From an uncultured Bacteroidota bacterium (GTDB lineage Bacteria; Bacteroidota; Bacteroidia; UBA4408), in the NCBI GenBank assembly GCA_903831265.1, contig CAIKXD010000174.1, positions 44,064 through 108,063 of the forward strand: a stretch of DNA of 64,000 nucleotides, in the 5' to 3' direction. Positions 1-10,531 of this stretch are shown one piece after another (the stretch's first letter is position 1; each line of letters begins with the position of its first letter). Position numbers and translations under genes: made by a program. The notes beneath the pieces were generated by a model. The model had not been told where the DNA came from and made no database searches. It worked only from the letters and a program-made list of their open reading frames with translations.

Positions 1-1634
1 CCAATGTTGCATTTGAAGATTTCTTCACCCAAAAGGATGCCAATGGAAATTTAACCCGTCCAGTTGGTTCTTTCAACCCAATTTACATGGCTGGTTATAT
101 TCAAGATAGATTTGACTTCAAAGATTTAAAATTCAATGTAGGTTTACGTATTGACCGTTTTGATGCTAACCAAAAAGTTTTAAAAGATCCATTCTCTTTA
201 TATGGAACGCGCACAGCTGGTGATGTTACTGAAATTAATGGCGCAAGTGTTACCCATCCAAGCAATATAGGGAGCGATTACGTAGTTTATGTTAATAGCA
301 TTAATGATCCTACTCAAATTGTGGGGTACAGAAATAACAACAGATGGTACAATACAGAAGGTGTTGAGGTTGTAGATCCAAGAATACTAGCACAACAAAC
401 TTCTAACGGACAATTAACTCCTTATTTAATTAATCCAAAAGATGGTGCAACAGACAACGAAAACACAGGGATAAGATCGGCCTCTTTTGATCCAAAAAAT
501 TCATTCAAGGATTATGACCCTCAAATTAACTTTATGCCTCGTGTGGCTTTCTCTTTCCCAATATCAGATATGGCAAACTTCTTTGCACATTATGATGTGT
601 TAACGCAACGTCCTCCTTCAAGGTTAAGAATGAATATTTTTGACTACTACTTTATGGATATTAATACAGGTGGTGTATTAAATAATCCTAATCTGAAACC
701 TGAGAAAACAATCGACTATGAATTAGGTTTTACACAAGTATTAAACGAGCAACAAAATTCAGCTCTAACACTTTCTGCTTTCTATCGCGAATTAAGAAAC
801 ATGATTCAAATAACACGTTTTTCTTATGCTTATCCAGTTTCTTATACATCATTTGGAAATATAGATTTTGGAACCGTAACAGGCTTTTCTGTAGCTTACG
901 ATTTAAGGAGAACGAATAACGTTACTATGAATGCTAACTATACACTTTCTTTTGCCAATGGTACTGGTTCATCAGATGGTGATGCACAAAATATTATCTC
1001 TAACTCAACCCAACCCAACTTAAGAAATACTGTGCCTTTGTCATTTGATCAACGTCATAATATAGTTGCCAATGTTGATTATAGCTATGGCGATGGAAAA
1101 GACTACAATGGACCAGTGTTACAAATTAATGGCAAAAAGTATAGTATCTTCTCAAATGCTGGTGCTAACCTAACATTTAGAGCTACCTCTGGAACACCAT
1201 ATAGCCGTCAAGGAAATATTTCTCAGGAAGGAGCTATCGGTTTGTCAACAATATCAATACTTTCAGGCAGTTTAAATGGTTCTCGTTTGCCTTTCCAATA
1301 TCGCTTCGATATGAGAGTGCAAAAATCTTTCCCAGTTACTTTTGGGAAAAAGGGAGATGCTGAGGTTGAAGGTAGCAAAGCAGGAAAAAGAGGAAATTTA
1401 AATATTTATTTACAGGTGTTAAATTTATTAAATGCTAAAAATATAATTAGCGTTTATCGCGCAACGGGTAATCCAGGTGATGATGGTTACCTTACAGATG
1501 CCGCCTCACAGGATATCATTAACAGTTTCCCAAGTCCTACTGCATTTATAGATCAGTATAGTATTAAAATAAATAATCCAAACAACTATTCTCTTCCTCG
1601 TAGAATGAGATTGGGTGTAACTTTAGACTTTTAA
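1..1634 (+). CDS. Outer-membrane beta-barrel protein of the TonB-dependent receptor family, C-terminal portion. The reading frame is open from the window edge, so the gene is 5'-truncated.
   Basis: No stop from nt 3 onward in this frame. Alternating beta-strand pattern through the C-terminal half. Terminal ...RMRLGVTLDF with C-terminal Phe, typical of OM barrels and TBDT C-termini. Confidence 0.5.
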   Translation, partial: NVAFEDFFTQKDANGNLTRPVGSFNPIYMAGYIQDRFDFKDLKFNVGLRIDRFDANQKVLKDPFSLYGTRTAGDVTEINGASVTHPSNIGSDYVVYVNSINDPTQIVGYRNNNRWYNTEGVEVVDPRILAQQTSNGQLTPYLINPKDGATDNENTGIRSASFDPKNSFKDYDPQINFMPRVAFSFPISDMANFFAHYDVLTQRPPSRLRMNIFDYYFMDINTGGVLNNPNLKPEKTIDYELGFTQVLNEQQNSALTLSAFYRELRNMIQITRFSYAYPVSYTSFGNIDFGTVTGFSVAYDLRRTNNVTMNANYTLSFANGTGSSDGDAQNIISNSTQPNLRNTVPLSFDQRHNIVANVDYSYGDGKDYNGPVLQINGKKYSIFSNAGANLTFRATSGTPYSRQGNISQEGAIGLSTISILSGSLNGSRLPFQYRFDMRVQKSFPVTFGKKGDAEVEGSKAGKRGNLNIYLQVLNLLNAKNIISVYRATGNPGDDGYLTDAASQDIINSFPSPTAFIDQYSIKINNPNNYSLPRRMRLGVTLDF

Positions 1635-1687
1635 TAACAATAAATATGTTGGCACATCATATTGTTAAACAAATAAATAACAACAAA

Positions 1688-4600
1688 ATGAAAAGAACGA
1701 AAACATTGCTGGCCCTGTCGCTTTCGATTAGCGTGTCGGTAATTTCAGCAAAAGAAAATGTTGGCCTACAAGGTGGAAGAGTCGGTGCAAATGGTGCCAC
1801 CTCTTCAGCTTGTACACCTGCAACGGCAAAGGCAGACTTAAATATTAACAACGTGCGTGCTTTAATCATGAGCGGTGGCGATATGTGGTGGGATCAAGGC
1901 TTGGAGGTAGCACGTTATGAAGTACCTAAGGGTTCTGGAAAGCATTCTTATTTTGCTGCGGCATTATGGATTGGAGGACTAGATCAAGGTGGTCAATTAA
2001 GAACTGCAGCTCAAACCTATCGTCAAACAGGAAACGATTTTTGGCCAGGTCCATTAGATGTTACCAATGCTTCAATTGATGCTACAGGCTGTGCAAGATG
2101 GGATAATATGTTTCAAATTACACGTCAAGAAGTATCCGATTTTGCTGCTTGGTTAGCATCTCCATCAGATTTTCCTGGTTATGAAACCCCTGCCAGTATT
2201 ACTAATTATCCGGGTAATGGTAATGTTAGCTTGAATGAAGATTTAACCATTGCTCCATTTTGGGATATCAATGCCGATGGTCTTTACCGTCCAGAGGATG
2301 GAGATTACCCAAAATATGACATTTTTAATACCGCTTCTGCAGGAGGGGGTTGTTCTAACTTCTTGTTTGGTGATCAAACTTTATTTTGGGTATTTAATGA
2401 TAAAGGAAATATTCATAGTGAATCGGGAGGCCAACCTATGGGGCTTGAAATTAGAGCGCAAGCTTTTGCTTTTGCTACTAACGATGAAATTAATGATATG
2501 ACTTTTTATCAATATCAAATCATTAACAGGAGTAATGTAACTATTTCTAACACTTATTTTGGAAGTTGGAATGACCCAGATTTAGGTCAGTATGATGATG
2601 ATTTTGTAGGTTGTGATGTTGAAAGCGGTTTGGGTTTCTGTTATAACAGCGATGATCAAGATGGTTCAGGCTCAGGCAATAGTTATGGTAGCAAACCTCC
2701 TTGTTCTGCAGTTGACTTTTTTAGAGGTCCAAAAGCTGACCCTTTTTTAGTAAATGGTGTTGCAGTAGATGTGCCTGCTGACTCAACAATTAGTGGTAGT
2801 GGATATGGTGATGGAATTGTAGGAAACGAAACTCTTGGAATGGAGAATTTCATGATTTTTAAAAATGATCAAACTGCGCAAGGTAACCCTTCACAAGCAA
2901 CACATTTTTATAATTATCTGCAGTCTAAATGGAAAGATGGAACTCAACTTACATATGGTGGTTCTGGTTACGGAGGAAGCGTTAATTGTAGATTTGGTTT
3001 CCCTTGGACATCCGATAGCTTAAATAACAATGTTGATTGGCAATGTTCTGAACCTGCCGATTGGCGTTTTATTCACTCTGCTGGTCCATTCACATTAAAG
3101 CCAGGAGCAGTTAACTTTGTTACAACAGGTTGTGTTTGGGCTCAAGCTCAGTCGGGAGGAGCAAAAGCCTCAGTTGAATTGGTAAGAATTGCAGATAAAA
3201 AAGCACAGGCATTGTTTGATAATTGTTTTGCTGTATTGGAAGGTCCACGTGCCCCAGATTTAACGATTCAAGAATTAAATAATCAATTGCTATTGTATAT
3301 CTCTAATCCTAATATTGTAACGTTCAATAATAGAAATGAGCGCTATGAAGAACTTGATCCTTTGATTCCTGCAATAGCCGGAAACGACTTAACATACAAT
3401 TTCGAAGGGTACTTAATTTATCAAGTTAAAGACAACACTGTTACTGCTTCTGAAAGTGATTTAAATGATCCTTCCAAAGCTAGGCTTGCTGCTCAGTGTG
3501 ATATTAAAAACAATTTTGGACAATTAGTTAATTTCACTTTTAACCCTGGTTTAAATGCCAATGAGCCAGTATTAAAAAACCCAACAATAGGAGGTTATAA
3601 TAACGGAATAAAACACTCCTTTAAAATGACCGAAGATAAGTTTGCAACTGGAACTGATAAAAAGTTGGTAAACCATAAAACATATTATTATTTAGCCATA
3701 GCGTATGGAGCAAATAATTTTAAAACATATAATCAAACAGACCCTTCTTCATTTGATGGGCAGAAAAAACCATATATTTCTGGTGCTAAAAACGCAAAAG
3801 GTCAGAGCGTTGCTCCTGTATCAGGTATTCCTCATATTACTTCCCCGCAAGATGGAGGTACAACATTACAAAGTGGATATGGTGATGGGCCTCAAATTAA
3901 AAGATTAGAAGGCCAAGGGAGTGGATATCAAAATTTGGAACTAACCGAAGCTACTATAGATGAAATTTTAAATAGTGCATCAGGCAAAGTTGATCAGCCA
4001 GTGTATAAAAGCACAGCTGGCCCTGTTGAGGTAAAGGTTATTGATCCCTTAAATGTGCCTGACAGTGAATTTAAATTAAAATTCGTAAGTCATGTAATGG
4101 TGCCTAAAATTAGTTTGCAAGGTGGCGCAATTGACTCATTAACTGCCATCAGAAGAAATAGACTTGTAGGTGGTAATACAGAGTATGTATATGCAAATGT
4201 GCCATTAAATTCTAGTGTTTTTGCTATTCAAGGTCTTGTTAATGATACAACATATTTAATAAGAAGAGTGCGAAATATTTTAACAGCAGTAGACACCGCA
4301 GCTTGGGTGCTTACCAATGTTGAAACTAACGATTCTGTTTCATCTGACACTTGCATTAATATTGAAAACGAAAAACTAATCCTGCAATGGGGACTATCAG
4401 TGCGTATAACTAAAGGAGTTGCACCTAGTGTGGTTATGGATAACAATCAAAACGCTTTGGTAAGCAGCAGTTACGAAATAGAAGATCCTACTAAAACATG
4501 GTTGATTGGATTTCCAGATCAAGATGGACAGTCTGCATTTAATTGGATTCGTTCAGGTACACAAACATACCCTGATCCGGTGCCAGGACCTCCAATATTT

Positions 4601-5809
4601 ACTGGGAATGATTTTCCAGGTATTGATGATGGTCAATATTACGAAGGTGTTTTAGATGGAACGATGGCCCCTTATATTTTAACTTCAAATGAAGTAAATG
4701 GTGTTTCGTGGAGCAATGTTTATTTTAATCCTCCAGGAAGAAAGAAAGAGATAATGCGTAATTTAAGAAGTGTTGATATTGTAATCACTAAAGATAAGTC
4801 AAAATGGACACGTTGTCCTGTGATTGAATTACAAGATGATCCAGCTCTAGCAGAGAATGGTGCAGCTAAGTTCGATCTTAGAAAGTCACCTTCACGCGAC
4901 AAGGATGGTAAGGATGATGGATCGGGTACAATCGGAATGAGTTGGTTTCCGGGATATGCCATTAATGTAGAAACTGGCGAAAGATTAAATATGGCATTTG
5001 GAGAAGATTCTTGGCTAGTTGCAGATAATGGAAGAGATATGATTTGGAATCCGACTTCTACTTTCGTTGATAACTTTACAAATGGTACAACTACCGGTAT
5101 GATAATGGGTGGAAAACATGTTGTTTATGTTTTTGGACACTCCGCTAACACACCACAGGACATGCCAGTATACGACCAAGGTGAATTTATGAGAACTAAT
5201 TTACTTGCCAACGTGACCGTGCAAAAACAAAAAGTTTATAAAGACGCTATGTGGGCTTTTGTTCCTATTACTTTGCGAAATACTGAATTTTTGGCAACTA
5301 CAGTAACATTAAAAGCGAGAGTTGCTCGCCCTTACGGAAGATATTATTCGGGTAATCCATTGTTAAGTGGTAGCTACGATCCAAATGCCCCTCAAGCTGG
5401 AACTGTTGCTCAAAATTACGACTTCCCTCTTTATTCATTTGGAACTGGTGAATTGGCAGCCATTAAAGGAAATAATGATGTATCTAAAAATGCACTTGAC
5501 TTGATTAATGTTGTTCCAAATCCATATTTCGCTTATTCGGCTTACGAAGCTAATACGTTAGATAATATTGTAAAAATTACCAATCTACCACAAAATTGTG
5601 TTATTAGTATTTACACAGTTAATGGCACACTCATCAGAAGGTTTCAGAAAGATGACCCTAAAACATCTTTAGATTGGGATTTGAAAAATCAAAGAAACGT
5701 GCCAATAGCAAGTGGTCTTTATTTGATACACGTTAATGTGCCAGATGTGGGTGAAAAAATAGTGAAGTTCTTTGGCACAATGCGTCCAATAGATTTAGAT
5801 CAGTTTTAA
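1688..5809 (+). CDS. Large secreted protein (about 1373 aa from Met-15) with a type-A T9SS-like C-terminal domain plus a short extra tail. It sits immediately upstream of a PorV-like gene, so it may be the PorU-like T9SS signal peptidase/sortase; this is not verified.
   Basis: Signal peptide MKRTKTLLALSLSISVSVISA. C-terminal VVPNPYF...ISIYTVNGTLIRRF...ASGLYLIHV...KIVKF matches the Por secretion tail consensus. A 23-nt gap separates it from the downstream porV-like gene on the same strand. No clear C25 His/Cys dyad identified by eye. Confidence 0.35.
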   Translation: MKRTKTLLALSLSISVSVISAKENVGLQGGRVGANGATSSACTPATAKADLNINNVRALIMSGGDMWWDQGLEVARYEVPKGSGKHSYFAAALWIGGLDQGGQLRTAAQTYRQTGNDFWPGPLDVTNASIDATGCARWDNMFQITRQEVSDFAAWLASPSDFPGYETPASITNYPGNGNVSLNEDLTIAPFWDINADGLYRPEDGDYPKYDIFNTASAGGGCSNFLFGDQTLFWVFNDKGNIHSESGGQPMGLEIRAQAFAFATNDEINDMTFYQYQIINRSNVTISNTYFGSWNDPDLGQYDDDFVGCDVESGLGFCYNSDDQDGSGSGNSYGSKPPCSAVDFFRGPKADPFLVNGVAVDVPADSTISGSGYGDGIVGNETLGMENFMIFKNDQTAQGNPSQATHFYNYLQSKWKDGTQLTYGGSGYGGSVNCRFGFPWTSDSLNNNVDWQCSEPADWRFIHSAGPFTLKPGAVNFVTTGCVWAQAQSGGAKASVELVRIADKKAQALFDNCFAVLEGPRAPDLTIQELNNQLLLYISNPNIVTFNNRNERYEELDPLIPAIAGNDLTYNFEGYLIYQVKDNTVTASESDLNDPSKARLAAQCDIKNNFGQLVNFTFNPGLNANEPVLKNPTIGGYNNGIKHSFKMTEDKFATGTDKKLVNHKTYYYLAIAYGANNFKTYNQTDPSSFDGQKKPYISGAKNAKGQSVAPVSGIPHITSPQDGGTTLQSGYGDGPQIKRLEGQGSGYQNLELTEATIDEILNSASGKVDQPVYKSTAGPVEVKVIDPLNVPDSEFKLKFVSHVMVPKISLQGGAIDSLTAIRRNRLVGGNTEYVYANVPLNSSVFAIQGLVNDTTYLIRRVRNILTAVDTAAWVLTNVETNDSVSSDTCINIENEKLILQWGLSVRITKGVAPSVVMDNNQNALVSSSYEIEDPTKTWLIGFPDQDGQSAFNWIRSGTQTYPDPVPGPPIFTGNDFPGIDDGQYYEGVLDGTMAPYILTSNEVNGVSWSNVYFNPPGRKKEIMRNLRSVDIVITKDKSKWTRCPVIELQDDPALAENGAAKFDLRKSPSRDKDGKDDGSGTIGMSWFPGYAINVETGERLNMAFGEDSWLVADNGRDMIWNPTSTFVDNFTNGTTTGMIMGGKHVVYVFGHSANTPQDMPVYDQGEFMRTNLLANVTVQKQKVYKDAMWAFVPITLRNTEFLATTVTLKARVARPYGRYYSGNPLLSGSYDPNAPQAGTVAQNYDFPLYSFGTGELAAIKGNNDVSKNALDLINVVPNPYFAYSAYEANTLDNIVKITNLPQNCVISIYTVNGTLIRRFQKDDPKTSLDWDLKNQRNVPIASGLYLIHVNVPDVGEKIVKFFGTMRPIDLDQF

Positions 5810-5832
5810 TAAAATTAAATACAAGTATTGTT

Positions 5833-6915
5833 ATGATATCAAACAATCGTTTAAGGTTTGCGACATTTACAGCAAGTATTATGTTAGCTAGCACTGTGTT
5901 AGCTGGTAATTCAGACCGCGCTGGCCAAGCTGGTGGTACACAACTACTCATCAATCCTTTTGTAAGAAGCTCAGGTTGGGGAAGCGCAAATTCAGCCTCT
6001 GTAATGGGCCTAGAAGCTCAATATTTAAATGTGGCAGGGGTAGCTCATACAGAAAAAACAGAAATTCTTGCAGCTCGCACTAACTGGTTAGTTGGAACTG
6101 GGATAAGTATAAATTCTTTTGGCTTTAGTCAAAAACTGGGCAACGCCAGTGCGTTGGCATTTGGTGTTATGGCTATGGATTTTGGTAATATCAATGTAAC
6201 CACTGTTGAGCAACCTGAAGGAAATATTGGTACATTTAAACCACAGTTCCTCAATATGAACTTAAGCTATGCAAAGGAATTTTCCAATAGCATATTTGGA
6301 GGTATTAATGTAAAGGTAATCTCCGAGAATATTGCCAATTTAAGAGCCAGCGGGGTTTGTTTTGACGGTGGCATTCAGTATGTTACAAGCTTTGGTAAGG
6401 ATAAAGAATTGAAAAGAAAAAATGTTCATTTTGGAATCTCCCTTAAAAACGTAGGGCCACAAGTTAAATACCAAGGTGATGGCTTGACAACCAAGGCAAG
6501 TTTAACCTCAACTGGAGCTCCTCAAACATTGGAATTTAGATCTCAAGCTTATGACCTACCTTCATTGGTTAATATCGGAGCTTCTTATGATTACTTTTTG
6601 AGTAAAGAAAACAACAACCAGAGAATTACAGCAGCATTAAATTTTACGTCTAACTCTTTCACACAAGATCAATTTAATATTGGCTTTGAATATGGGTTTA
6701 AAGAAATGTTTATGTTAAGAGCAGGAATGGTTTACGAAAAGGGCATTTTTAATGCGGATGAGCGATTAACAGCCTTAACAGGTCCAACTGCCGGTTTCTC
6801 TGCCGATATACCTTTAAAAAAGGACAGTAAACGTAAATTTGGTGTTGAATACGCTTACCGCACAACTAACCCATTTGCAGGTGTTCACTCTATCGGTTTG
6901 CGATTAAAATTGTAA
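5833..6915 (+). CDS. T9SS outer-membrane beta-barrel protein of the PorV/PorQ (FadL-like) family.
   Basis: Signal peptide. N-terminal motif N..RAGQAGG.QLLINPF.RSSGWG resembles the conserved PorV N-terminus (..LLI.PDARAAGMG..). Beta-barrel periodicity. Ends in aromatic-rich ...GLRLKL. Follows the PorU-like gene. Confidence 0.5.
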   Translation: MISNNRLRFATFTASIMLASTVLAGNSDRAGQAGGTQLLINPFVRSSGWGSANSASVMGLEAQYLNVAGVAHTEKTEILAARTNWLVGTGISINSFGFSQKLGNASALAFGVMAMDFGNINVTTVEQPEGNIGTFKPQFLNMNLSYAKEFSNSIFGGINVKVISENIANLRASGVCFDGGIQYVTSFGKDKELKRKNVHFGISLKNVGPQVKYQGDGLTTKASLTSTGAPQTLEFRSQAYDLPSLVNIGASYDYFLSKENNNQRITAALNFTSNSFTQDQFNIGFEYGFKEMFMLRAGMVYEKGIFNADERLTALTGPTAGFSADIPLKKDSKRKFGVEYAYRTTNPFAGVHSIGLRLKL

Positions 6916-6943
6916 TTCGTATATTTGAATTCTTATTAAAAAA

Positions 6944-6978
6944 GAGTCCCGGTTGAAAAACCGGGATTCTTTCATTTT
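6944..6978 (+). terminator. Rho-independent terminator after the porV-like gene.
   Basis: GAGTCCCGGTT-gaaaa-AACCGGGATTC hairpin followed by TTTCATTTT. Confidence 0.6.
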
Positions 6979-7005
6979 ATACTCAGTAGTAAACATCTAG
7001 AAAAT

Positions 7006-7485
7006 ATGTCGCAAATAGCTTACGTTACCGAAGAAGGACTCCGTAAATTAAAAGAAGAACTTCACTATTTAAAAACTAAAGAAAGGCCTAGTATTTCAAA
7101 TCAAATTGCAGAAGCAAGAGATAAAGGAGATTTGTCTGAAAATGCCGAATATGATGCAGCCAAAGAAGCGCAAGGTTTATTAGAATTAAAAATTTCTAAA
7201 TTAGAAGACACTGTTAGTAATGCCAGAATAATTGATGAGTCTAAACTTGACGCAAGTAAAGTATTGATATTAACGAAGGTAAAACTCAAAAACTTAGCAA
7301 ACAAGGCAGAGCTTACTTATACACTAGTACCTGAGCAAGAGGCCGATTTAAAAACAGGAAGAATATCGGTAGATTCACCAATTGGAAAAGGATTGTTAGG
7401 TAAAAAAGTAGGAGACCTTGCCGAAATAAAAGTACCTTCAGGAATGATTATGAAGTTCGAAATTTTAGAAGTTAACAGAGATTAA
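7006..7485 (+). CDS. greA: Transcription elongation factor GreA.
   Basis: 159 aa. N-terminal coiled-coil with acidic tip (DLSENAEYDAAKE) and C-terminal FKBP-like domain, typical of GreA. Confidence 0.9.
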   Translation: MSQIAYVTEEGLRKLKEELHYLKTKERPSISNQIAEARDKGDLSENAEYDAAKEAQGLLELKISKLEDTVSNARIIDESKLDASKVLILTKVKLKNLANKAELTYTLVPEQEADLKTGRISVDSPIGKGLLGKKVGDLAEIKVPSGMIMKFEILEVNRD

Positions 7486-7486
7486 A

Positions 7487-7879
7487 ATGGCAAGTGTTTT
7501 TACCAAAATAATTAATGGTGAAATACCTGCCCATAAAATAGCTGAAACAAACGAATTTATAGCCTTTTTAGATGTTTTTCCATTAAAGCATGGACACACG
7601 CTTGTAATACCTAAAAAGGAAACAGATTATATTTTCGATATCGAAAGTGAAGAATATATGCAGCTCATGAACTTTGCAAAATCTATTGCATCAGCTGTAA
7701 AAAAAGCATTTCCGTGTAAAAAAGTTGGCATGTGTGTAATTGGCTTAGAGGTTCCCCATGCGCATATTCATTTAATACCTATGAACACTGTGGCCGATAT
7801 GAATTTTAGTGCCGAAAAACTTAAACCTACGCAAGAAGAATTGGCAGAGTGCGCTCAAAGAATTATTTCATTTTTATAG
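7487..7879 (+). CDS. HIT-family (histidine triad) nucleotide hydrolase.
   Basis: 130 aa. HGHTLVIPK and HAHIHLIP histidine-triad motifs. Translationally coupled to greA (stop/start 1 nt apart). Confidence 0.85.
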   Translation: MASVFTKIINGEIPAHKIAETNEFIAFLDVFPLKHGHTLVIPKKETDYIFDIESEEYMQLMNFAKSIASAVKKAFPCKKVGMCVIGLEVPHAHIHLIPMNTVADMNFSAEKLKPTQEELAECAQRIISFL

Positions 7880-7893
7880 AATTTAGATTTAAA

Positions 7894-8607
7894 ATGAGGC
7901 AGTTTATTTTTATAAAGATGCTGCTATTCATTTTAGTTTTTCAGTTAAATGCTTTCGCTCAAACACCAAGTATAGATGAAGCAATTGCTCTTGTAATTAC
8001 GCAAAAAAAAGCAAGCGACTCAAAAAACGCTCCACCGTTTACCATAGCACCAGGCTCAAAACCAAAATTTTATCCAGGACACTATACGTCTTATTTTAAC
8101 AGTGAGTGCATTGTGGTGTGTTCATTACTGCAAGGCCGCGATATTGTTCAGGTTGTTTTGTTGCTTTTTAAGAATAAAGAAGGCTTCTGGATAAATGGTT
8201 GCTGGTACTACGATAATATTTACAGAGTAAAAGCGAAGGACTTTAATAAAGACTCAATACTTGAATTAATTATTGAAACTAAAATAAACGCGGGAAGTAG
8301 ATCTTATGGTAATTATAAAGTGATATCATTGTTAAATCAAAATACCACTATTTGGTACGAAAATAATACTGTTATGGGGATTGACCAAAGCGCTTTAAAA
8401 AATGCACCTCGAGGAAAAGAAATTACAAAAGATATTAAAGTGACTTTTGTTGATTCAATTATAAATAATCCATGTGTCATCAAAGAAAGAACCATATTAG
8501 GCAAATTCAATAGTTACAATGACTCAACGGGCGTTAAACTCGATTTTACAACGAGTTATCAGGAGTATAGATTTGTTGAAAATAAGTACATTCCTAATTT
8601 GGAATAA
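7894..8607 (+). CDS. Secreted hypothetical protein.
   Basis: Start moved to MRQFIFIKMLLFILVFQLNAFAQ, which is a signal peptide. No recognisable domain. Confidence 0.45.
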   Translation: MRQFIFIKMLLFILVFQLNAFAQTPSIDEAIALVITQKKASDSKNAPPFTIAPGSKPKFYPGHYTSYFNSECIVVCSLLQGRDIVQVVLLLFKNKEGFWINGCWYYDNIYRVKAKDFNKDSILELIIETKINAGSRSYGNYKVISLLNQNTTIWYENNTVMGIDQSALKNAPRGKEITKDIKVTFVDSIINNPCVIKERTILGKFNSYNDSTGVKLDFTTSYQEYRFVENKYIPNLE

Positions 8608-8715
8608 ACTTTAACGAGTTATTGTTGTGTTGATATGTAGAAAGTAAAATCAGTTCATTATCTTCGTAAAATTAACGTAATACTAAGTGTGTTTTAACCT
8701 CTTGTAGTTTTTAAA

Positions 8716-9549
8716 ATGGCAAAATCAATAAAAAACAAATTAAATACTAGCCCTATCGGAATATTTGATTCGGGTATTGGCGGTTTAACTGTGGCTAATG
8801 CCATACACAAAATATTACCCAACGAACAATTGATTTACTTTGGAGATACTGCTCATTTCCCTTACGGAGAAAAATCAGCCGACTCAATAAAATATTACGC
8901 CTTAAGAATTAGCGATTTTTTAATCAAACAAAATTGTAAAATGATTGTGATAGCTTGCAACACGGCTTCTTCGGTGGCTTATCAAATTGTTAAACAGCAA
9001 GTGGGCGATAAAGCAATGGTGGTGAGTGTAATTGAACCCGTGGTAAGTCGAGTGGCAGCTTTATATCAACATGGTAAAATTGGTGTTATTGCTACAAAAG
9101 GTACAATTAAAAGTGATGTTTATGCAAAGCGATTAAAAGAATTAAACCAATCTCTTCAAGTGGCATCACTGGCAACTCCCTTGCTGGCCCCTATGATTGA
9201 AGAAGGATTTTTTAATAACAAAATCAGTAAAACAGTAATTAATAGTTATCTGGAGCGTCCAAAACTAAAAAAAATAGATGCGTTAATTCTTGCATGCACT
9301 CATTATCCACTAATTAGACCAGAGATAGAAGATTATTATAAACAAAAGGTTAAGATTATTGACAGTGCCGAAATTGTAGCAGAGAGTGTTTTTAATCTGT
9401 TGGCAGACAAAGGCTTGTTAAACACAGCAAAAACAGTTAAAAGTAAGTTTTATGTGAGTGATTTTACCGAGTCATTTGCCAATAGTACAAAAATATTCTA
9501 CAAAGGTAAAATTCAATTAGAGCGTTTCCCATTATGGGAAAACGAATAA
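8716..9549 (+). CDS. murI: Glutamate racemase.
   Basis: IGIFDSGIGGLTV N-terminal motif. Conserved CNTA and ACTHYP cysteine motifs of MurI. Confidence 0.9.
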   Translation: MAKSIKNKLNTSPIGIFDSGIGGLTVANAIHKILPNEQLIYFGDTAHFPYGEKSADSIKYYALRISDFLIKQNCKMIVIACNTASSVAYQIVKQQVGDKAMVVSVIEPVVSRVAALYQHGKIGVIATKGTIKSDVYAKRLKELNQSLQVASLATPLLAPMIEEGFFNNKISKTVINSYLERPKLKKIDALILACTHYPLIRPEIEDYYKQKVKIIDSAEIVAESVFNLLADKGLLNTAKTVKSKFYVSDFTESFANSTKIFYKGKIQLERFPLWENE

Positions 9550-9564
9550 TAAATTGTATCATTT

Positions 9565-10458
9565 ATGAACCTAAAAATATCACTAGATGACTACCTGTTT
9601 GACGGAAAACAGAAGTTTAATATTGAAAAGTCAAAAACCAATGTAGTTGAGTTTTATAAAGACAAATCGGAGTACAATAAGCTATCGGAAGAATATACTA
9701 AAGAAATTGATGAGTTGCAAAGCAAAATGTATGCACATAATCGATATAGTTTATTGGTTATTTTTCAGGCTATGGATGCCGCAGGAAAAGACAGTACAAT
9801 AAAGCATGTGATGAGCGGCATTAATACGCATGGTGTAAAAGTATTTGCTTACAAACGTCCGTCATTAAATGAACTAGAACATGATTACATGTGGCGTACT
9901 AATATTAATTTGCCAGAACGTGGTTGCATGACCATATTTAATCGTTCGTATTATGAGGAGGTATTGGTGGTGAAAGTACATCCCGAAATATTAACCACAG
10001 CACAATTGTTACCACAAGAGATTACTACAGACCCCGAAAAAGTGTTCAAAAACAGATATGCAGATATTCAAAACTTTGAAAAATATGCGCACAGAAATGG
10101 TATTCAAATTATGAAATTCTTTTTGAATGTTTCTAAAAAAGAACAAGGAAAACGTATGATTGAGCGCATTGAAACCCCTGCAAAAAACTGGAAATTTGAA
10201 GAAGGCGATGTGATAGAAAGAGGCTTTTGGGAGGCCTACATGAAGGCCTACGAAGACTGTATTAACAACACAGCTAGTGAGCATGCGCCCTGGTATGTAA
10301 TTCCTGCCGATGATAAAAAAAATATGCGGTTAATTGTTAGTCAATTAATTTTAGATAAGCTTAAAACATTAAAATTTGAATATCCGGTTATAGATGAACA
10401 AAGAATGGAGGAACTGAATAAATTTAAGCAAATAATTTTAGATCAAGATAAAGCATAA
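9565..10458 (+). CDS. ppk2: Polyphosphate kinase 2 family (polyphosphate:nucleotide phosphotransferase).
   Basis: 297 aa. Walker-A-like AMDAAGKDS. PPK2 core FNRSYYEEVLVVKVHPE. Confidence 0.85.
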   Translation: MNLKISLDDYLFDGKQKFNIEKSKTNVVEFYKDKSEYNKLSEEYTKEIDELQSKMYAHNRYSLLVIFQAMDAAGKDSTIKHVMSGINTHGVKVFAYKRPSLNELEHDYMWRTNINLPERGCMTIFNRSYYEEVLVVKVHPEILTTAQLLPQEITTDPEKVFKNRYADIQNFEKYAHRNGIQIMKFFLNVSKKEQGKRMIERIETPAKNWKFEEGDVIERGFWEAYMKAYEDCINNTASEHAPWYVIPADDKKNMRLIVSQLILDKLKTLKFEYPVIDEQRMEELNKFKQIILDQDKA

Positions 10459-10531
10459 AAAGCATAAAATCCTGTTGATTAATTCTAAAAAACAAATCGC
10501 TTTTTTAAGTTTAAAGCACAAACATAGCTTC

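Noticed and set aside
1646-1687. The upstream start MLAHHIVKQINNNKM for the PorU-like protein as given in the ORF track.
   Set aside because: The second Met (1688) begins a canonical signal peptide (MKRTKTLLALSLS...). The first 14 residues have no signal-like character, so the shorter start was adopted. ORF-track starts were trimmed in the same way for 7849 (to 7894) and 10475 (to 10532).
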